64,000 nucleotides of DNA, from the NCBI GenBank assembly GCA_041581055.1, contig JBFGCT010000001.1:6652-70651 (forward strand), given 5' to 3'. The notes beneath the pieces were generated by a model. The model searched no databases. It was not told the origin of the DNA and saw nothing but the letters and a program-made list of their open reading frames with translations. Each line of letters opens with the position of its first letter. Position 1 is the first letter of the stretch. A program made the position numbers and the translations under genes. This DNA is from Ilumatobacteraceae bacterium. Lineage in GTDB: Bacteria; Actinomycetota; Acidimicrobiia; Acidimicrobiales; Ilumatobacteraceae. Below, one piece after another: positions 56,285 through 64,000 of this stretch.

Positions 56285-57185
56285 CGCCGGCCTCGTCCCC
56301 GTCGCTGTAGTAGTGGAAGAAGAGGTCCTCCAGGTCGGCTTCCTCCACGGACAGCGTGACGACGACGTGACGCGCCGCTTCCTTCACAAGTGCGTCAGCG
56401 CTTCCGTCGAGCCGACACCGCAGCACGGCGCCGTCGACCTCGACGGCGCCGACCCCGGGAAGCCCGGCGAACGACGACGCCGAGACGGGGCCGTCGAACC
56501 GGATCTCGACCGCGCGCATCGAGCGTTCGCGAAGGTCCTCGACGCTCTCGACCGCGGCCAGACGGCCTCGGCGGACGATTCCGACTCGATCGGCGGTCTG
56601 CTGCACCTCGCTCATCACGTGGGACGACATGAACACGGTCCGGCCATCGCGGGCCGCCTCCCGGGCGAGGGCGGCGAACTCCTGCTGCAGGAACGGATCG
56701 AGTCCGCTGGTCGGCTCGTCGAGGACCAGCAGCTCCGGGTCGTGCATGAAGGCCTGGATCACGCCGACCTTCTGGCGGTTCCCCTTGGACAGGGTCTTGA
56801 TCCGCCGGCCGGTGTCGAGCTGCAGCCGGTGGGCAAGCTCCGCGACCCGGCCGGGCGCGACTCCGCCGCGCAGGTTGCCGAGGTACGTCAGCAGTTCGGC
56901 GGCGGTCTGGCGACCGTCGACGGCGAAGTCGCCGGGCAGGTAACCGATCCGGCGGCGCAGCCCGACGCCGTCGCGGCGCGGGTCGACACCGAGCACGACG
57001 GCGCGCCCGCTCGTGGGCCGGATCAGATCGAGGAGCAGCCTGATCGTCGTCGTCTTCCCCGAACCGTTGGGGCCGAGGAACCCATACACCTCGCCGCGGT
57101 CGACCTCGAGGTCGAGGCCCGCCAGTCCCTTGCTCTGGCCGTAGTCCTTGACCAGCCGCTCGGTGCGAATCGCGGCCTGAGCCAT
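56274..57185 (-). CDS. ABC transporter ATP-binding protein
   Basis: Walker A GPNGSGKTTT, signature LSKGNRQKV, Walker B LLVLDEPTSGLD. Confidence 0.9.
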   Translation of the reverse strand: MAQAAIRTERLVKDYGQSKGLAGLDLEVDRGEVYGFLGPNGSGKTTTIRLLLDLIRPTSGRAVVLGVDPRRDGVGLRRRIGYLPGDFAVDGRQTAAELLTYLGNLRGGVAPGRVAELAHRLQLDTGRRIKTLSKGNRQKVGVIQAFMHDPELLVLDEPTSGLDPFLQQEFAALAREAARDGRTVFMSSHVMSEVQQTADRVGIVRRGRLAAVESVEDLRERSMRAVEIRFDGPVSASSFAGLPGVGAVEVDGAVLRCRLDGSADALVKEAARHVVVTLSVEEADLEDLFFHYYSDGDEAGGAA

Positions 57186-57200
57186 CGCGGGTCCCCGGCG

Positions 57201-60200
57201 TCAGTCGCAGGCGGTCGGGGTGGCGCCGACCTCGGCGCTCAACGTGTCGGAGGTGAAGAACCCCGCGAAGAGCGTGCAGGCACGCTCCGGATCCCACGGC
57301 GCGTCCCACAGCCGGACCGCGCCGTCCGAGCCGGCGGTCGCCAGCACGGTCCCGTCGGGGCTGAAGTCCAGGCCGAGCACGAAGCACGGCTGGTCGTCGG
57401 AACAGCCGGGCAGGCCGTCGATCGGCTCTCCGGCGATCGGACCGCTGGACCCGAGCTGCCCGGCCGGTCCGAGCGGCCAGATGCGGATCGTCCCGTCGTT
57501 GCCGCCCGACGCGAGCAGCCCGCCATCGGGCGCGAAGGCGACCGGACCGACCTCGTTCGTGTGCCCGGTCAGGACGAACCGCTCGCCGGTCGTGCGGTCG
57601 ACGAGGCCGATCGTCTGATCCTTGCTGGCCGAGGCCACGAGGTCCGCGGTCACGGCGATCCCCCTGACATTGCTGGAGTGCGGCGAGGCGAGTCCGCCCT
57701 CCGACTCCACCAGCGCGTCGCCGGTGATCTCCAGCTCGCGGACGTTCCCGCCGATGTCACCGACCAGGAGGCGCCCGTCGCTCTCGAACTCCACCGCGGT
57801 GACCTCCTGGAGGTCCTCGCCCAGATCGATCTTGTGCTCGTCGACGAGCTCGCGGCGTCCGATGTCGAACAGGCGAACCCAACCGTCGTCGCCGACCGAC
57901 GCCGCCCAGCGACCCGTCGGGTCGATGGCGACCCGGCGGACCTCGTTGTCGGTCGCGCCGTCCACGTCGCCCGGCTCCCGCAACTCGTAGCCGAGGCTGG
58001 TCAACTCGCTCGTGCCGTCGCTCCGGTCCCACAGCCAGACGCGGCCGTGGCCGGCGGCGACGATCACGTCCTCGGTCGGGCTGAACGCGAGGGAGTACAA
58101 CCGGTTCCGGTTCCCGTCCTCGACGAGCAGGTCCCGCGGGTCGGGAACGAGATCGGCGCCGACCCGCTCGTGCGTGCTCGGGTCCCACAGGCGGATCGCC
58201 CCGTCGAAACCGGCCGACGCCAGCAGGGTCCCGTCGCGGTTGTACACGACCGAGGTCAGAAAGCACGTGTCGTTGGGCCCGCGCGGGCCGCAGTCGTTGT
58301 GGACCAGCTCCGGCGCCAGGTCGACCGCCGTGGTCGCCCAGGTGCGCACCGTCCCGTCGCCGCTGCTCGAATAGAGCCGCGAGCCGTCCGCGGAGAAGGC
58401 CACCCCCGACACCCATTCGCTGTGGTCGGTGAGCGGGACGCCGATCGGCGCCCATCGCCCGGCATCGGCGTCTTCCGCCGACCAGACGATGATCGTGCGG
58501 TCGGTGCTCGACGTCGCCAGCAGGTCGCCGGCCGGATCGAACGCCAGCCCGCGGACCGCGCGGTTGTGCCCGACGAGCGGCACCGGCGACGGATCGCGGC
58601 CCTCCAGGTCGGACCAGTGCCACATCGTGCCGTCGGCGTACCCGACGACGAGCGCGCCGGACGTCGGATGGAAGGCGGCGACGTACGCCGCGGTCAACGC
58701 CGCCTCGTCGTCCACGCCGGCCGCCGGCGCCAGGAGTCGCCGGACCGCCGACCCCGAGGCGACGTCCCAGAGCACGACCTGGCCACCGGCGTCGTCGTCG
58801 GTCCGGTCGCCGTCGGGGTTCTGACGATCACCCTCGGCGGACACGAGCACCCGACCGTCGTCGCTGAACGCGACGTCGAACACGTCCCCCGGCACGCCCA
58901 ACGACCCCCGGTCGAGGACGGTCGGGGTCGGCGGGCTGGCCGCGAGATCCCACAGCCAGACCCGTCCCTCGTCGTCGCCCGACACGACGCGCTCCGACGT
59001 CGGGTCGAAGGCGACCGCGTGGATCAGCCGGCCGGCGGGCTCGCCGGGCGGAGCGTGGTCGAGGACGTGGACGGCGTCGAACGCCGATCCGGCGCGCTCC
59101 CACAAGGTGACCGTTCCGTCCTGTGACGACGTGGCGAGCCAGCGGCCGTCCGGGCTGAGGCTCGTGTCGTACACGTTCGCCGGCGACTCCTCCCGCCCCA
59201 CGAAGACCGCGCCGGCCGCCGCTTGGTCGCCGAGGTGGACCGAGGTGTACTCGCCGACGACCACGTCGCCGTCGGGGCCGAGCGACAACCCGACGACCCC
59301 GCGATCGAACTCGAAGGGATCGCCGTACGGCGACCAACGCTCGTCGAAGGTGGCCCGCGCCGACACGAGGGCGCGGATCGACTCGGGCGTCGACGGCTCG
59401 ATCAGCGCCGTGCTCTCCGCGGCGACCGCCAGCGCCAGCGCCGGGTTCGACTCCTGGAGGAAGCGCGACGACGTCGACAGCTTCGACGCGGTCGCCTCGC
59501 GGAGCGCGTCCTCGGCCCTGCCCTGGGCGCGGACGGCGGCGACGAGGCCGATCGCGGCGACGGCGAACAAGACGATGGCGGCGACCGCCAGCACCAGGTT
59601 CCGGCGCGAGCTCCGGCGCAGCGCGGCCGCCCGCTGCTCCCTCTCGTGGCAGGCCTCCAGGAACTCGCGGTCGATGTCGTTGAGCTCGTCGGGGTTGGCG
59701 GCCGCCCAGTCGTCGGCCTCGACGAGCACCTCCCCGCCGATCAGCAACCCCGACGACCGCTCGCGCCGGCCCCACTCGTCGGCCTTGAGCTGGAGATTGG
59801 ACAGATGCTGGGCCTCCCAGGCGGCGTTGGAGGCGCGGATCGGCTCGACGAGCCGGTCGTGGGCCAGCTCGTACCAGATCGCGCCGCGGCGCGACTCGGC
59901 CCTAGTGAGATGGGCGTCCTCCAGCCTGCGCAACACGTCGTGGCCGGCGTCGCCCGGTCCGGACAGCGTCTGGGTCCGGAAGCCGTGTTCGGTGATCAAC
60001 TCGTTGTCGATCCACTGCCGGATCGCCCGCTCGCTGACACCGGTCGCTTCGGCGACCCCGGCGACCAACTCCTCGTAGAACGTGGCGAGCGCGTCGTCGA
60101 CGCTGCCCAGCGCTTCGACGTCGGCGAGCTCGATCGACGACGCTCCGGCCGACAGCCCGTCCCACATCCGCCGGCAGACGACCTGGAGCTGGACCGGCTC

Positions 60201-61025
60201 GACGTAGCGCCCGAGCTCCTCGACGACCGAGTCGCCGCGCTGCACGCGAACCTGGCGGAGATCGTCGATGAGCCGTTGCGCCGCGACGTCGGTGAAGTCG
60301 GCCCCGGCGTCGGCGACGGCCCGCTGGGCGGCGACCGTGGCCGCGCCGGCGTCGAGGAGGTCGAGTCGGTAGCGGGTCCGCAGCCGGGTCGGCACGTACC
60401 TGACGAAGTCGTCGAGCTGCGTGACGAAGTCCTCGCGCATCGAGAACAACGCGGACCAGCGGCGATCGCGCAGGGCCTTGCCGACCTCGGCGACGAACTC
60501 GACCTTCTGGTCGTGGTCGGTCGGGTCGAGGGTGAGCAACTCCTCGAACTGGTCGAACACCAGGCACGGATCGAGGTCGTCGCCGGTCGGGAACAGCGCG
60601 AGGTACTCGGCGAACCCCATCCTCGCCAGCGCCGCCGGATCGACGCGCTCCTCGGCCGGCCGCGCCCCGTCGAGCGAGAACAGCGCGCTCAGCAGGTACC
60701 GGTTGCCGACCCCGCCGCCCTCGGCGGGCGCCCCACCGCCGTCGACCATGTCGAGATGACCCACGCGGATCGTCGGGAGCACCGCGAAGTCCCGGCGCTC
60801 GAGCTCGGGACGCAGGCCGGCGTCGATGAGCGAGGTCTTGCCGGCGCCCGACGGGGAGTACATCAAGACGATGCGGTCGGCGATCAACAGGTCGCGGAGG
60901 TCGCCGATCTCGACGTCGCGCCCGTAGATCTTCTCGCCGCGCCGGATCGAGCGCGGGCCGACGAACGGGTTGCGGCGCTCGCTGCCGGGCTCGACGCGTT
61001 CGGCCGGATCGGCGACCGACGTCAT
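57201..61025 (-). CDS. STAND-type NTPase (nSTAND1-like) - single TM helix - WD40 beta-propeller protein
   Basis: [25 protein letters not shown]...[21 protein letters not shown] (Walker A) and [10 protein letters not shown] (Walker B). [25 protein letters not shown] (aa 476-498) follows RRSSRR. At least 13 blade endings of the type DGTVRLWD. Start at ATG 61025; the upstream 518 aa of the listed ORF is a shadow frame over the next gene. Confidence 0.8.
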   Translation of the reverse strand: MTSVADPAERVEPGSERRNPFVGPRSIRRGEKIYGRDVEIGDLRDLLIADRIVLMYSPSGAGKTSLIDAGLRPELERRDFAVLPTIRVGHLDMVDGGGAPAEGGGVGNRYLLSALFSLDGARPAEERVDPAALARMGFAEYLALFPTGDDLDPCLVFDQFEELLTLDPTDHDQKVEFVAEVGKALRDRRWSALFSMREDFVTQLDDFVRYVPTRLRTRYRLDLLDAGAATVAAQRAVADAGADFTDVAAQRLIDDLRQVRVQRGDSVVEELGRYVEPVQLQVVCRRMWDGLSAGASSIELADVEALGSVDDALATFYEELVAGVAEATGVSERAIRQWIDNELITEHGFRTQTLSGPGDAGHDVLRRLEDAHLTRAESRRGAIWYELAHDRLVEPIRASNAAWEAQHLSNLQLKADEWGRRERSSGLLIGGEVLVEADDWAAANPDELNDIDREFLEACHEREQRAAALRRSSRRNLVLAVAAIVLFAVAAIGLVAAVRAQGRAEDALREATASKLSTSSRFLQESNPALALAVAAESTALIEPSTPESIRALVSARATFDERWSPYGDPFEFDRGVVGLSLGPDGDVVVGEYTSVHLGDQAAAGAVFVGREESPANVYDTSLSPDGRWLATSSQDGTVTLWERAGSAFDAVHVLDHAPPGEPAGRLIHAVAFDPTSERVVSGDDEGRVWLWDLAASPPTPTVLDRGSLGVPGDVFDVAFSDDGRVLVSAEGDRQNPDGDRTDDDAGGQVVLWDVASGSAVRRLLAPAAGVDDEAALTAAYVAAFHPTSGALVVGYADGTMWHWSDLEGRDPSPVPLVGHNRAVRGLAFDPAGDLLATSSTDRTIIVWSAEDADAGRWAPIGVPLTDHSEWVSGVAFSADGSRLYSSSGDGTVRTWATTAVDLAPELVHNDCGPRGPNDTCFLTSVVYNRDGTLLASAGFDGAIRLWDPSTHERVGADLVPDPRDLLVEDGNRNRLYSLAFSPTEDVIVAAGHGRVWLWDRSDGTSELTSLGYELREPGDVDGATDNEVRRVAIDPTGRWAASVGDDGWVRLFDIGRRELVDEHKIDLGEDLQEVTAVEFESDGRLLVGDIGGNVRELEITGDALVESEGGLASPHSSNVRGIAVTADLVASASKDQTIGLVDRTTGERFVLTGHTNEVGPVAFAPDGGLLASGGNDGTIRIWPLGPAGQLGSSGPIAGEPIDGLPGCSDDQPCFVLGLDFSPDGTVLATAGSDGAVRLWDAPWDPERACTLFAGFFTSDTLSAEVGATPTACD

Positions 61026-62782
61026 CGGACGGCCGCCCTCAGCTCGGCGAGCCCGGCGGCGAACTCGTCGATCGAGCCCCAGAAGATGTCGATCGACGGG
61101 TTCCGGTACTTGCCGAAGTACCGCTCGAGGTACTTCTGCTCGCGCGACCGCCCCTCCGCCCCGGGCCGGAAGTCGGCCTGCGCGCCGACGTGGGAGTACT
61201 TGTTGAGCTTGTGCCCCCCCTCGGCGCTGATCAGCGCCCTGAGGAGCACCCCGACGTCGACGCCGTCGAGGCCGAAGCCGAGCAACAAGAGCGCCGAGTC
61301 GGCCAGCACGCGGCGCACCGGCTTGGGGATCAGCGACGGATCCTGCGTGACGCTGATCAGGAAGTCGAGGTAGTCGTCCGAGCTGAGCACCAGCGAGTCC
61401 GGCGTGTCGACGGTGCCGAAGACGTGGTACACGAGCGGGCGCTCGACGGACGGAACGTACCCGGGCTCGGTGTCGAAGACCGACGGCGGCCAGTCCTCCT
61501 CGTACACGTCGGGCCGCCACCGACAGAGCTCGACCGCGGGCTGCTTGCCCGCCTCGACAAGGGCGTCGGCCATCAGCGCCCACGGATGGGCGATGACGTA
61601 GATCCGGCACGGAAGCCCGGCCAGCACCTGGTGCGGGTCGTGGTCGACGGTCGCCAGACGGTCCCGCCACACCGCGCTCAGCACCTGGTTGAACTCTTCG
61701 GCCGAACCGTCCTCCACCGACTCGCCGAAGTTCTCGACGATCTGCTCGCGTAGACCGTCGGTCAGGGCCGACCGCAGCGTGTCGACGTTGTTCATCACCT
61801 CGACGAACTGGGCGGCGAGCGGCAGGTCGTTGCGCCGGCGCAGCTTGGTCGGCAGGTTGAAGCTCTGCGCCCAGCGCTTCGCCAGGTCGTCCATCGGGCC
61901 GACCAGCGAGTCGGTGATGCCCCGGCCGATGATCGGCGTGAAGTGGTCGTTGTCGACGTGGGTCATCAGCGAGCGGAGCAGGTCGACGGTGTCGGGCTCC
62001 AACTCGGCGAGCGAGCGCCGCTGGCGGGCGGCCCGGCGCTCCCGGGCGATCGGGAGCGTGGCGATCAACCGATCGACGTCGCGCTTGACGGCGACGGCGA
62101 GCTCGCGCCGTCCGAGCAGCTGCTCGGCGAGCGCCAGCAAGGTCGGGTGCTGGTCGGCGGAGGCGACGTGCTGGCGCAGGAGGGCGACGAGCTCCTCCTG
62201 CTCGTCGAGCGTCAGCGTGTCGGTCGAGGCCAGCCGGTCCTTGAGCGGCGCGAGGTCGACGATCGGCGGCGGCGGCGGTTCGGGCGGCGGACCCGACGGC
62301 CGCACCCGCTCGGCCTTCCCCTTCTGCAGCACCGCGACGGCCAGCGCCGTCACGCTCTCCGGCGTGCGCTGTCGGAGGTCGACGTACTGCGTGGTGCCGA
62401 TCGGATCCGGCGCGAGCTGGACGTCGGTGTCCCGCACCATGACCGGGATGATCGGCGCGCCCAACGCGACCGCGTAGGCCAGCTCGGAACGGCACGCCCC
62501 CGACTGCAGCGAGGCCGGGCTCAGCAGGAACAGGAACACGTCCGCCGACCGGATCCGATCGAGGATGACGTCCCACCACTGCTGCCCGCCGCGCAGCTCG
62601 CGATCGAACCAGACCTGCGAGCTGACCTGTCGCAGATCGTCGTTCAGCGTCGCGGCGACCGCGGCGTCGGGACGCGCGTAGCTGATGAACAGCTCGATCC
62701 CGTCGCCGCCTCCCGACGGCGGATCGACGGCGCGCGGCGCACCTGTCGCCCCCGCTGCCGGGGGAGGAAGCTGATCACTCAT
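61022..62782 (-). CDS. TIR domain - linker - SIR2_2-like domain fusion protein
   Basis: [21 protein letters not shown]...[25 protein letters not shown] (TIR_2-like, Glu100). The C-terminal half has IIGRGITDS..., [26 protein letters not shown] and [14 protein letters not shown] (SIR2_2-like). Its stop overlaps the start of the NTPase gene (ATGA). Confidence 0.7.
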   Translation of the reverse strand: MSDQLPPPAAGATGAPRAVDPPSGGGDGIELFISYARPDAAVAATLNDDLRQVSSQVWFDRELRGGQQWWDVILDRIRSADVFLFLLSPASLQSGACRSELAYAVALGAPIIPVMVRDTDVQLAPDPIGTTQYVDLRQRTPESVTALAVAVLQKGKAERVRPSGPPPEPPPPPIVDLAPLKDRLASTDTLTLDEQEELVALLRQHVASADQHPTLLALAEQLLGRRELAVAVKRDVDRLIATLPIARERRAARQRRSLAELEPDTVDLLRSLMTHVDNDHFTPIIGRGITDSLVGPMDDLAKRWAQSFNLPTKLRRRNDLPLAAQFVEVMNNVDTLRSALTDGLREQIVENFGESVEDGSAEEFNQVLSAVWRDRLATVDHDPHQVLAGLPCRIYVIAHPWALMADALVEAGKQPAVELCRWRPDVYEEDWPPSVFDTEPGYVPSVERPLVYHVFGTVDTPDSLVLSSDDYLDFLISVTQDPSLIPKPVRRVLADSALLLLGFGLDGVDVGVLLRALISAEGGHKLNKYSHVGAQADFRPGAEGRSREQKYLERYFGKYRNPSIDIFWGSIDEFAAGLAELRAAVR

Positions 62783-62968
62783 CTCGTCACCCGGTTCTCT
62801 CGCGCGCGTTCCGTGAGACGACCGTACCGTGTCCGGGTCGGCGATCCTGTACGTGACACGGCCCGCCGTCCCGGCCTGCCCGTGACCGGCGGCCGTGATT
62901 GGGACTTGACGGCGGGCCCGACGGACCACAGAGTGCTCACGAGGGCACACGACGGTCGAGAGGGCTTG

Positions 62969-63889
62969 GTGACGGAGACGATCGGTTTCATCGGGTTGGG
63001 CACCATGGGCGGGCCGATGTGCGAGCGTCTGGCCGGCGCCGGGTTCGGGATCGTCGCGTTCGACCTCGAACCCGAGCGGCTCGCGGCGGCGGGCGGCGCC
63101 GGGGCGCGGCCGGCGGGCTCGGTTGCGGACTGCGCGGCCGGCGCCGACGTGTTGTTGACGTCGCTCCCCCGGCCCGACGACGTCCAGGCGGTCATGGCCG
63201 ACGCCGGCGCGCTGGCCGCGCTCCGGCCGGGATCGCTGTGGATCGACCTGACCACGAACCGCAAGGAGTTGGTCGCCACGCTGGCCGCGGCCGCGCCCAC
63301 CGGCGTCGACGTCGTCGACTCGCCCGTCACCGGCGCCGTCGACGGCGCCCGCACGGGTCGGCTCACGCTCTTCGTCGGCGGCGAGCCCGCGCCGGTGGCA
63401 CGAGCGACGCCGATCCTCGATCATCTCGGCACGGTGATCGCCTGCGGGCCGCTCGGCGCCGGCAACGTCGTCAAGCTCGTCACGAACCAGTTGTGGTTCG
63501 TCGCCGCCGCGGCGATCGGCGAGGGCTTCGCGGTCGGCATGTCACACGGCGTCGACCTGGCGGTGTTGTACCGGGCGATCTGCGATTCGGTCGGCGACTC
63601 GTTCGTCGCCCGCCACGACGCGCCGTCGATCTTCGCCGGCCACTACGACCCGTCGTTCAGCCTCGCGCTCTGCCTGAAAGACCTCGGATTGCTCGCCGAG
63701 CTCCAGCACGACGTCGGCGCGCGCTTGCTCCTGACCGACGCCGCCCGCGCCGCGTTCGCCGAGGCCGGCGAGCGGTACGGGACCGGCGCCGGCGAGATGC
63801 ACGTGGCCCGACGGCTGGAGGACGACACCGGGCTGTCGTTCCGGCTGGACGGCGACTGGACGGCCCCTTGGGAGGTGGCGGCGGAGTGA
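62969..63889 (+). CDS. 3-hydroxyisobutyrate / 6-phosphogluconate dehydrogenase-family NAD(P) oxidoreductase
   Basis: IGFIGLGTMGGPMCERL Rossmann motif, VDSPVTG, and GAGNVVKLVTN. The GTG at 62969 is preceded by GAGAGGG. Confidence 0.85.
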   Translation: MTETIGFIGLGTMGGPMCERLAGAGFGIVAFDLEPERLAAAGGAGARPAGSVADCAAGADVLLTSLPRPDDVQAVMADAGALAALRPGSLWIDLTTNRKELVATLAAAAPTGVDVVDSPVTGAVDGARTGRLTLFVGGEPAPVARATPILDHLGTVIACGPLGAGNVVKLVTNQLWFVAAAAIGEGFAVGMSHGVDLAVLYRAICDSVGDSFVARHDAPSIFAGHYDPSFSLALCLKDLGLLAELQHDVGARLLLTDAARAAFAEAGERYGTGAGEMHVARRLEDDTGLSFRLDGDWTAPWEVAAE

Positions 63890-64000
63890 CGACGACCGGC
63901 ATGGCCGGTGGGATCGGTCGGACGGTCGGCAGACGAGGGGAGGTCAGACGCAGAGCGCGGGTTGTCCGCCGAGCTCGTCGCTGAGCCGCTGCCGGCCGTC

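Noticed and set aside
57201-62579. Listed 1792-aa ORF suggesting a single giant protein
   Set aside because: The first 518 aa are Arg/Ala/Pro/Gly-rich, with no motifs, and lie in another frame over the well-supported TIR-SIR2-like gene. The recognisable NTPase begins at Met 61025, which overlaps the stop of that gene.
53924-62968. Classical integrative island (integrase, transposase or other mobility genes) next to the tRNA cluster
   Set aside because: No integrase-, recombinase- or transposase-like ORF is present in any frame. Only the short degenerate tRNA-Phe repeat around the TIR-CBS gene was found, and the STAND and TIR-SIR2 genes have genome-typical GC.
63944-64000. Possible 3' end of a minus-strand gene running off the right edge (...DGRQRLSDELGGQPALCV stop)
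   Set aside because: Only 18 codons are visible. Third-position GC is high, but that is far too little to call a gene or a function.

Overview
This is a high-GC (about 70-75%), actinobacterial-type chromosomal segment, as indicated by mshA, SigH/RshA, Rex and a tRNA Glu-Asp-Phe cluster. All calls rest on motif recognition by eye, hand translation and hand counts; no searches were run.

Most of the window is core metabolism:
- a rex-hemA-hemC-hemD ... hemB-hemL haem block
- a complete seven-gene mrpA-G cation/proton antiporter operon
- tilS, proC, mshA, plsY, degV and aat
- an EF-G paralog, a cyclophilin and a fused B12-dependent acyl-CoA mutase
- several hydrolases and M23 peptidases

Three regions look accessory:
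1. **Left edge (1-2639).** A FAAL-ACP gene is translationally coupled to an acyl-CoA dehydrogenase that carries a TubC-type docking domain. This is probably the edge of a biosynthetic cluster.
2. **Lower-GC patch (about 2640-6756).** It holds a Vps62/DUF946 protein and an 862-aa protein with a DUF4157 HExxH domain plus a large unknown C-terminal domain.
3. **Downstream of tRNA-Phe (54001-62782).** This is the most interesting locus. Five genes run in the same direction: a TIR-SIR2-like fusion, then a start/stop-overlapped STAND NTPase with a transmembrane helix and at least 13 WD40 blades, then an ABC-2 exporter pair, then a lower-GC TIR-CBS gene. I read this as a candidate, uncharacterised NAD-targeting immune or cell-death module.

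Other sequence-level observations:
- a conserved 50-nt palindromic element, seen as a 3 x 97 bp array plus one solo copy
- three short tandem-repeat arrays (13, 14 and 21 bp units)
- an RsiG-like anti-sigma factor with c-di-GMP-binding signature motifs
- a Rex operator

Many long ORFs in the supplied track are GC-driven shadow frames and were rejected.
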